DNA of 64,000 bases, taken from NCBI RefSeq assembly GCF_009914755.1, contig NC_060930.1, one strand, 5' to 3'. The DNA comes from the human T2T-CHM13v2.0 reference genome, Homo sapiens. Of the stretch, positions 1 to 9,460 are shown piece by piece (the stretch's first letter is position 1; each line of letters starts with the position of its first letter). The position numbers were made by a program, and so were the translations under genes. A model generated the notes under the pieces. It was given only the letters and a program-made list of their open reading frames with translations, was not told the DNA's origin and did not search any database.

Positions 1-80
1 GCAGGGCGGGGGGTTTCACATCCTCTCCCTGGCTGAGGTATAGACCACACAGCACTGTGGTGAGGAGACGTCGCTCACAC
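1..80 (-). other. TRERF1: 5' part of a spliced exon (5'-UTR portion; runs off the window edge), probably the TRERF1 exon that carries the main start codon further left
   Basis: Minus strand: pyrimidine tract + cttgccttgcag|GTGTGAGCGACGTCTCCTCACC... (AG at 82-81). Joined to the 30878-30989 exon it reproduces the TRERF1 mRNA leader as I recall it (...GGAGGTCAAG|GTGTGAGCGACG...). Gene identity is from memory, not a search. Confidence 0.8.
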
Positions 81-175
81 CTGCAAGGCAAGATGCAAAA
101 GACAGGAAAGGATTTATTTGGATGTTTTGTGATGAGCAATTGATATCCACCATGACCAGTGATAAAAATAAACAT

Positions 176-414
176 ATAATCCCAGCTACCTGGGAGGCTG
201 AGACATGAAGTTCATTTGAGACCAGCCTGGGCAACATAGGGAGATCCCGTCTCAAAAATGTTTTTAAATTAGCTGGGTGTGGTGGCATGCGCCTGTAGTC
301 CCAGCTGCTCAGGAGGCTGAGGAAGGAGGATCACTTGGGACCAGAAGTTTAAGGCTGCACTGAGTTATGACTGCACCACTGCACTGCAGCCTAGGTGACA
401 GCATAAAACCGCAC
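176..414 (+). mobile_element. AluJ-like, 5'-truncated
   Basis: Dimeric Alu sequence with J-type right arm (aggatcacttgggaccag...gctgcactgagttatga). Confidence 0.85.
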
Positions 415-451
415 CTCTCTCTCTCTCTGTGTGTGTGTATATATATATATG
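415..451. repeat. compound (CT)n(GT)n(AT)n microsatellite at the Alu end
   Basis: ctctctctctctctgtgtgtgtgtatatatatatat seen directly. Confidence 0.9.
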
Positions 452-887
452 AAACAGGAGACTCGATTAGAAATAGCCAGTGTCATGCACTCCACACCCT
501 TTTCACTGAGTCTGCAGATCTTAACTCTCACATGAGATGCAAACTCTCTTACTTTCAAGCCATTGTTCAATGGCTCAGTAGTTCATTGATTTGTTAATTC
601 ATTGTTTTGTTCATTGATTAATTCATCCATTCTTCTGAGACCCTGCTATTGAAAGCCCAACACTATTCTAGGACCTGTGGGAAATATAAAGAAGTTTAAG
701 ATATGCATTAATCAATTTATCTGTTCAACACATATTTATTAGACACCTATTAACTGTAAGGCACAATGCGGAGAAATGACTAAGACATAGGCCTGCTCTC
801 AAGCATGTAGTTAGAAAAGGTGATGAGTCGCATAAATAATTACAAAGGGGAAAACGATGCATGTAATCAAAAGGTAAAAATAAGAGA

Positions 888-1000
888 AGCAGGGTGTGAT
901 GGCACGCACCTGTACCCCCACCTATCAGGAGACTGAGGCGAGGATTACTTGAGCTAAGGAGTTCAAGACTAGCCTGGGCAACACAGCAAGACCTCATCTC
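888..1000 (+). mobile_element. Alu monomer (FLAM-like)
   Basis: gggtgtgatggcacgcacctgta...gagttcaagactagcctgggcaacacagcaagacc. Confidence 0.75.
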
Positions 1001-1472
<472 letters not shown>

Positions 1473-1844
1473 CTAGAACTCATGGATGGCAGAGGTGCAA
1501 GCTGTCCTTTTAGGACTTCTCTTTCCTAATCACCCTCCTTTACGAAAAGAAGGGCAAACTTCTCATGTACTACACCAGGGAGAACGAAAAATGGAAACAC
1601 AATAAATGCTGATCCTTGTCTCATGCTAGTAATAAATAATATTCTTCCATGGATAATGAAATTGAAAATATAGCTCAGCACCAACAATATTTTATTTCTA
1701 GACCTGGATGGTAACTGCATGGTCATTCTCACTCTGCTGTAATTCAAGCTATGCACTATGACCTGGTCATATACATAAAGGTGTATATGTCGTATGTCAA
1801 TTAAAAAAAGTTTATTTTAAAAAGTCACCCCCCCCAAAAAAAGT

Positions 1845-2456
1845 TACCCAGTACCACCATTTCATTTAGAGATGCATTTTCAATATAATTTAACTATTTA
1901 TGTTTATAATTTATCCAAATTAGTAATACATTAAATGTTTTGATCAACTGTGTACTATTAATAATTGTGATAACTCAAACCAGAAGAACATTTTAATACT
2001 TAGATCTTTTGATTTTAGGAAATTAAAAAAGTTTCAACTTTATATAAAATTGTTACAGAAAAATATGGTAGGGAAACAAGTGAAAAAGTTCCAAGCATAA
2101 AAATATATTACACATATCACATTAGGATAAAATTCCATAGGGCAAGTGAAATGAAAATACAATTTCCAGAAGAAAAAGGAACACTGACTATTAAAGAGGG
2201 TGTTCATGCGTTTTTAAAATGGATGACGGGAGGTATTAAATTGCTATGGTGTTTAGATTCCACTGGATAAATTTAAAACAGTGATGTAATAGTTTTGCTT
2301 AAAAATATCAATGTTTACAACCTACTGGAAATGGTATCTTCAGCAAATGTATCATAAAAAAATGTGTGTGTAAACTTAAAACTGTATGAAGGGGCAAAGA
2401 GTTTTAAAAGATTCTTTTAGGGAGGATTTTAAACAGAAAAGTTTGAAGACCACTGC
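1845..2456. mobile_element. old hAT-Charlie-like DNA transposon relic
   Basis: AT-rich block ending in aaaagtttgaagaccactg, a typical Charlie/MER terminus. Family uncertain. Confidence 0.45.
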
Positions 2457-2683
2457 AGTCGTACCCTTCTACCTGGGAGTGAGCTGAGTTGGTCTGTCCC
2501 TTTCTGAACTATGAGAGAAAGAGATGGAAAACTTCAGATGAGGGGTTGCATTTGGTGGAGTGAAGGGTGGAGGAAGGCGAGCCGTGGGTGGAAGGGGAGG
2601 GTGGCCAAGGATGGCTGCAGCAGTGAAAGGATGCTGGGCGTGAGAGTGCTGAGCTTCAGAAGCAAGGAGACTAATGAACCTCG

Positions 2684-2837
2684 CTGCTCAAAGGGTGGTC
2701 CAGGTCCCCTGGGAGCTGGTTAGAAATGCAGAATCTCAGGCTCCAGTTGAGATCTATTGAATCAGAATCTGTATTTTATTGAGATGATGCCCACCCCCAA
2801 GTGAGTCATGTCCAGATGAAAATTTGAGAAGCACTGA
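2684..2837 (+). mobile_element. MER5A
   Basis: ctgctcaaagggtggtcc...ttagaaatgcagaatctcagg...gaatcagaatctg...tttgagaagcactg. Confidence 0.75.
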
Positions 2838-3084
2838 ATTAGCAGACTCTTGCTGCATCCAGGTGAGGCATAATTAAGACCAGAACTCAGAAGACAGTGA
2901 GCAGGGAGAGAGGGAGAAATAAGAGAAACATTCCCTGTCTTGCCAGTGGGAAGCAACTCTCCTTCCTTGAAATGCTCTGGCCCACTGGGGCTTATGACCC
3001 AGTCTCAGACACCCACTCCTTTCCTCACACATATTCTCTCCTTTGATAGCCTCATCCACCACCCATCCTTTCTGACCCCCAAAG

Positions 3085-3625
3085 ATTGCCCCCAGCTCAG
3101 ATGGTCTGAGATCCTGATCAGCTGCCTACTCTACGTCACCACGTCCATATTCAAAGGCAATTCAACATCATCTCTCCCAAACTGGATGCTGTTTTCAGAG
3201 AGCTCTTTCCTTGAACCTGCCATGCTCCCTTCCACTGCAGGGCCTTTGTACATGATGCCCCCTCACCATTTGGAGAGCTCTTCCCCTCCTCCCCGCCACT
3301 GGGTATCCTTCAGATCTCAGCTCAAACTACACATTCTCAGAAAGTTCACTCTGACCCCAATCCCCAAGTCTACATCAGATTCCTTTCTTATATGTTCTCA
3401 TAAAACCATATTCCTTTCCTTTAGACTACTCTCTTCCGCTTGTAATTGCACTTCCACCAGTGCAATTATTTGATTAATGGATCTTTCTCTATTAGAGCAG
3501 GAATCAGGTCTATTTTTACCTAGGAGTCTCTTCCTCAAACCAACCATAATGCCCAGCACACTGTAGGACTCCAATAAGGATTTGTTGAAGGAAGGGCAGT
3601 ATTTATTGAATGAATAAATCAACAA
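3085..3625 (+). mobile_element. L2 3' region
   Basis: Degenerate L2 motifs ending tgcccagcacactgtaggactccaataaggatttgttgaa...gaatgaat. Confidence 0.6.
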
Positions 3626-4311
3626 ATGAGAAAAAATTAGAAAACAATGATCAAATATCCCAGTGAGTTTAGACAGGCAGAAAAAGACACTCAGTATAGA
3701 TCAAGAAGTTCTTACGTTCTCATGAAGCATAGTCAGATTGCACCTCGGTCCTGATAGACAAATAGGGCTTACAGAGGTGGAGAGGACCAGGAAGGGTATT
3801 CCAGACAGGGAACAGCATAAACAAAGGCATAAAGTCAGGTGCAGGAGTTCATGCTGGGACATCATGTCCTTGTCCAGAACTCACCAATGATCAGGCTACA
3901 TTTGTAAGAAAAGGATAAGTTGTAGTGGGCCTTAAAGTGACATCCAACAGTATTATCCTTTGGGCATTAGGCCTGGCTATTTCAGAATGCTCTACCAGGC
4001 TTAAACCTCTTCACTTAGCCTTCCTTAAAAGGCTTATACAAAGTCACCACACTCAGGAAGAATTACTTGTTGAAACTCACCCGACTTTGAGCACTATTGA
4101 TTTCATGTCTCTCTCCTATGGCCCTGTGGGTAGAATGGAAGCTAGATAATTGAACTTCTGTTGACATGTTTGCTTTGTTAAGTCTTCCCAAACTGCTAGG
4201 GAAAGGGATTACTTTGCATTCTGAGTTGCAGGAGGCTATTCTTTATTTGTTGACATTTCCAGAACTGGAATATAGTTTATTTACAAGCACAGAACCCTAG
4301 ATGGAACCCTA

Positions 4312-4492
4312 GGTGGGTTCCCAAAGTGTGGTTCTTGGGCTAGCAGCCCCAGGATCACCTGGGAAATAACAAATACTAATTCTTAGGCCCCATCCAGACC
4401 CACTAAATCAGAAACTCAGGCTGTGGCTCAGCAGTCTGTGTTTTAATGAGCCCTCTTGGTGAGTCCGATGCACGCTTAAGTTGAAGATCTCT
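4312..4492 (+). mobile_element. MER5A, followed by a MIR fragment to ~4560
   Basis: gttcccaaagtgtggttcttggg...gccccatccagacccactaaatcagaaactc. Confidence 0.75.
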
Positions 4493-4636
4493 GCCCCAGA
4501 GATGATCCAGTCTCTCCACATTACAGATGAGGAAACAGAGAAACAGAGGCCCAGAGAGGTAATTTCTGGGCCTAGAACAGTGCCTCGCTAATGGTAGAAA
4601 ATCAAGCCTCATTTGTTCAATGAAAGAAGAGGAAAA

Positions 4637-4945
4637 TGGCTCAAGCCTGTAATCCTAGCACTTTGGGAGGCCAAGGCAGGGGGATTACTTGAGGCCAGGA
4701 GTTCAAGACCAGTCTGGCCAACATGGCAAAACCCTGTCTCTACTAAAAAAAAATACAAAAATTAGCCAGGCGTGGTGGTGCACCCCTGTAGTCCCAGCTA
4801 CTTGGGAGGCTAAGGCACAAGAATCCCTTGAACTTGGGAGGTCAAGGTTGCAGTGAGCCGAGATCAAGCCATTTCACTCCAGCCTGGGCAAGAGAGTGAG
4901 ACCCTGTCTCAAAAAATAAAAATAAAAATAAATTTTAAAAAAAGA
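4637..4945 (+). mobile_element. Alu (S/J)
   Basis: Dimer with A-rich tail. Confidence 0.9.
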
Positions 4946-6014
4946 GAGAGAGAAAGAGAAAATGATTTTTCCTAAAACACCATAGGGAGATAATGGCAAA
5001 ACATGTGCTATTTATTTTACATTAAATGTAATATTTTTTGAATAGGTACTATATTCACATGGTTCAAAATTCAAAAGGTTAAAATGGACATGCAAAACAG
5101 CAAAAATTATCCTAAATAAATGCCTGTAAATAAAGTGAAAAGCATGCAAATTGTAAAAATACGGGCGTGAAAAGTCTCCCTCCACCTTCCACCCCCATCC
5201 CCAGCCACCCAGTACCCCTTCTGGGACAGTCAATCAGGTTCTTATATATCCTCCTAGAGACACTTTATGCTCATACAAGAACACTAATGCACAGCCCGTC
5301 TTATACAGATGGTAGCGTGCTACGCCGTGGTTTAGCATCTTGCCAAAAGGCTATTTTAAACATATCATTTAAAACCTGAAAACTGTTCTTCTTAGTGGAT
5401 TAGTCAATCTCACAGAATTCTTATAATACCAACTCAGGATTCAAGTCTTTATTATTTTTCTAACAAGGTAACTGTTTTGCTCATTATGTGTAACAATTTC
5501 TACTGGGTAATTTGTACCAGGAGCTTTTTCATTCATGAACTAATTAACAGAACTGCTACCTTCCCATTTCTTCGGTCAATTTCTTCCTTAGAGCAGGACT
5601 CCAGGATTCCAGGGTGGGCTCAACAAATAAATGCCCACTCAGAACCTAAGGTGCCACTCCACGCTCCCACAGAGCCTGTGACCGCTTTTCCTCTGCACTG
5701 ACCATGTCACAGTCAGGCGACCCACTTCCGTGCCTGTCTGCACACTGGCTGCCCAGTCACTGTGATGTAGGGACAGCAGCCTGCCCATGTGGTGTCCTCA
5801 GGGACTGGGACATAGCAGATGCTCAACAAACGCTCACTGAACTGCAACACTGCGCTAGGCAAAGGAGACCTAGAGTGGCTTGTTCCCCTCTGCAGGTCCC
5901 ATGCCTCTGACATGGACTAAGGGACAGAATTTACTAGTTTCTGTTGAGGGCATAGTGCCCTAAAGCACCAAATTTATGGAGTGCTGTAGATAATAACAAG
6001 GCTCTACAGAGACC

Positions 6015-6342
6015 TCCCAGCACACTTTTTCTATACAGGGCCAGCTAGTAAATATTTTCAGCTTTGGGGCCCATACATATGGTTTCTGTCACAACGCTGC
6101 CACGGTAGCGTGAAAGCGGCCACAGACCATATATAAATGAATGGGCGTGGCTGTGTTCCAATACAACTTTATTTATGGACGCTGAAACTTGAATTTTACA
6201 TAATTTTCACATGCCAAATTCTGTTCTTCTTTTGATTTTTCTTCAACCAATTAAAAATGTAAAAATCCTTCTTCACTCACAGGCAGTACAAGAATAGGTG
6301 TGGGCTGGATCTGGCCTGACCCATGGTTTGCTTGACCCCTGT
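6015..6342 (+). mobile_element. MER58B
   Basis: agggccagctagtaaatattttcagcttt...aatgaatgggcgtggctgtgttccaatacaactttattt...tttgcttgacccctg. Confidence 0.75.
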
Positions 6343-7482
6343 TCTAGAGCATCAAAGTCTCTCCACACCCCACCCCCTGGCCTGGGGCACCAGGAGACAA
6401 GGCCGCAGTCTGCAAGAAGGATATCTGTCCTAAGGGCCACCCTTTGAACCAGAGACACAGACAGAGAGATACACCAGGAGAGGAAGTTGACTTTGGCGGA
6501 GGTCTCCGCAGGACTTGTTTGCTTACAATTCAGAAGGGGTAACACCCTGCTCCGGCCAGACCACCATTGCTTGTTTGAGGAAGAAAAACCAAAAAGATTT
6601 TCCTTTTTCTGACCCCGGGCAGTCAGTTAGAGACTGTATACACAATTCTCCAAATGCCTTGGCTTGTGTTTTAGTCCAGCCTTCCTCTCGGCTCTGTCAA
6701 GGAAGCTTCACTCGACTCCCCTGGGGCTCCTCTTAGTCCAGCTCACTCCCAGCTCCCCTAAGCAGGCAGGAGCCAAGGGCGGCTCTCCAGGATGTGGGCC
6801 GCAGTTCGCCGTCTTCTTTTTAGCACCGTTGTTGTTCTAAATGCTTTCTGATTAGTCTTCTAAATAATTCCAGTGGGTATTTTATAATCCAGTAACCCGA
6901 TTATTGTGGACATGTGCTGCCAATGACAGTGGTTAGCATCTAAATCTTCCTCCCTGCAGTGAGTGGTTTGCTCTTACTCCTTCACAGCCCTGGCTTTCCT
7001 GCTGACTCTGGGCTGTGGGAGGATTTTCAAGGCTCCCTTTGGGCAGCAAGAAACATTCATTTCTCTACCCTCAGGTCTCACCCTGTAGCATCAGTTGCTC
7101 CCTCCAAGCCCTGGGGATCAGTAGGAAGCCCGACGCATAGCTCAGGAACCTGCAAAATGGAGGGTTTGGATTTTGCTTCCTGCAGGTGGCTCCTCATTAG
7201 GAAATAGAGATTGGACCGATTTCACTTTTTGGTTGTCACTGTCACTGCCATCTTTCCTCTGGGCTGGCTGTAGTTCTTTACCAGGGACTTTAACATCGTC
7301 TCCCCCCTGTGACTACCATATGCCACTTCTCTCTCTTCCTAGCTGTCATGGAGCAGTATGGAAACTAAGGACATGGGGAGAGAAGTGGGAGCTGCAGGAG
7401 TCTAGGGTAAATTCCTGGAGGAGGCAGCCATGGTCTGAGTGGGCCTTGCTGATATATTCCTGGACACATTTGTTTCATACTA

Positions 7483-7724
7483 CCTTCCCTAAGTATCCAA
7501 CAGCAGGGTTCTGCCTGCTCCACCTCCAGGGCCCTGGCTGGGATGACCTCTCCTTCCTGTGTGGCTTGAGTCTCATATTGTGGCTCCCACCCTGTGAGGC
7601 CTGGGGTTGCCAGTTGCCCTTTTCTGCTTCTCCTTGTGACATTCTTTGGGGTCTTTTTGAAGCCTCATCCTCCCTCAGATTGTGAGCTTAAAGATACAGG
7701 TTTGTCCCGCAGCAGTCCTGACAT
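7483..7724 (+). repeat. left arm of a ~240-bp inverted duplication
   Basis: Aligns by eye to the reverse complement of 9219-9460 at roughly 80% identity, with a 33-bp perfect core at 7575-7607. Confidence 0.9.
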
Positions 7725-7799
7725 GGCTAGGATTGTAGGGAGATTAGGAACATGGGCTTTGGCTCTGTGAATATGGGGTAGTTAGAAGAGCATTGGAAA

Positions 7800-8076
7800 A
7801 AGCTGAGAGTGGTGGCTCATGCCTCTAATCCCAGCACTTTGGGAGGCCAAGGCCCACAGATCACTTGAACCCAAGAATTTAAGATAACTCTAGGCAACAT
7901 AGTGAGACCCCATTTCTACAAACAATTAGCTGGGTGTAGTGGCGTGCGCCTGTAGTCCCAGCTACTTGGGAGGCTGAGATGGGAGAATCACCTGAGCCTA
8001 GGAAGTTGAGGCTGCAGTGAGTGGTGATTATACCACTGCATGCTAGCCCTATCTCAAAATAAATAAATAAATAAAT
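7800..8076 (+). mobile_element. AluJ with (TAAA)n tail
   Basis: Alu dimer with a 3' internal deletion; tail aaataaataaata. Confidence 0.85.
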
Positions 8077-8208
8077 AAGAAGAAGAAAGAAGGAAGAAGG
8101 AAGAAGAAGGAAGAAGGAAGAAGGAAGAAGGAAGAAGGAAGAAGAAGAAGAAGAAGAAGAAGAAGAAGAAGAAGAAGAAGAAGAAGAAGAAGAAGAAGAA
8201 GAAGAAGA
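8077..8208 (+). repeat. homopurine tract: (GAAGAAG)n then pure (GAA)23
   Basis: Pure GAA counted at 8138-8206; 132 nt without a pyrimidine. Confidence 0.95.
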
Positions 8209-8749
8209 CTGCAATAGAAGACAGGAGCCCTGGGCTTTGGTTCTACTGACTCCATGTGACCCTGGGCAAGTCATTTGCCCTCTCTGGACTTCAGTCATGG
8301 CTTTCTCTACATCCAGATAATTGAAGCGAAGTTTTTCTAGAGAGAGAGGCTGAATAAAATCCATACAATCTCTGCCTCATCTTAACCTGACTTGTAGAGA
8401 CAAAATTCAGGGTTCTGGATCCAGTTGGTATTGACTGCATAGATCTGACGACTGTTTAGGGGGCAAATGCACGCAGTGTAGAGACCAATGTGGTCTCCAC
8501 CTCTCCTTTTATGACACACAGAAGCTAGGGAGGGGAGGCGATGTTAAATTGATGTAACTGATGTGGCTGAGCACTTCCTGTATGACAAACTGCTCTGGGA
8601 GACTAGAATGGAACAAACTCCAACATAGTTACCTGGGATTAACAAACTTCACATCGGTACTGATAAAGTCAGCTACAGCCTATGGTTCCAAGGAGAAAGT
8701 AGCAGATGCAAATACAGAGATCCTGTGGGAAACTTACAACCACACTTAC

Positions 8750-8921
8750 CGCACCTTTCAGCCTAAAGGGAAAGGTGCAACAGGCTCTGAGTGGGGCATG
8801 CCAGGGATGAGGACCACTCCAGCTTGCCTGGCTCCCCAGGAAGCTTCCTCCCAACCCACAGTTGATACCATCCCCCATCACCTGGTGGCGGTGAGGTTGA
8901 CAGATGATCCAGCTGAAAGGT
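8750..8921 (-). other. candidate 172-nt cassette exon
   Basis: Acceptor tcctgtgtcccatcttctttctgcag|ACC and donor GGTGCG|gtaagtgt on the minus strand; non-repeat-looking sequence. Confidence 0.35.
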
Positions 8922-9218
8922 CTGCAGAAAGAAGATGGGACACAGGAGCATCAAAACAATCCACACGTGATTCCCTGAGTGACCCAAATGCTTTCATGAT
9001 CACATGTGTCCCCTAAGGAGGAGCTGCTAAGAGAATTTCAGAATCAATCATCAATCAGATTGAAGACCTGCTTTGTGCCAGGAGAGATGAGAGGTCATGA
9101 GGGCCCCTGGCCTCATGAGGTTTACAGTCACATTAACTGAGGCCTCATAGCTCAGACCAGCATCTGTGTCCTGTCATCCTTTACAGTCTTTTATACCAAC
9201 TCGCACTGAGGACCTTCT

Positions 9219-9460
9219 ATGCCAGGGCTGCTAGGGGACAAAACTGTGTCTTTAAGATTGCAATCTGGGGAGGAGGAGGCTTCCAAAGGACCCCAAGGAA
9301 TGTCACAAGGGGAAGGCAGAGAAGAACAACTGGTGACCCCAGGCCTCACAGGGTGGGAGCCACAATATAGGGCTTGGGCCTCACAGAAGGATGAGGTCAC
9401 TCCAGCCAGGGCCCAGGAGGTGCAGTAGGCAGACCCTTGCTGTGGGGGACTCCGGGAAGG
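9219..9460 (-). repeat. right arm of the ~240-bp inverted duplication
   Basis: Reverse complement of 7483-7724; perfect core at 9336-9368. Confidence 0.9.

Noticed and set aside
2940-3473. 177-aa ORF
   Set aside because: Largely overlaps an L2 relic, has a non-ATG start and low-information composition.
7879-8364. Poly-Ser and poly-Leu ORFs
   Set aside because: Translations of the (TTC)n tract and antisense Alu.
8561-9016. 151-aa plus-strand ORF
   Set aside because: No recognisable domain or promoter/splice context; it lies antisense to the candidate exon, and this length is reachable by chance.
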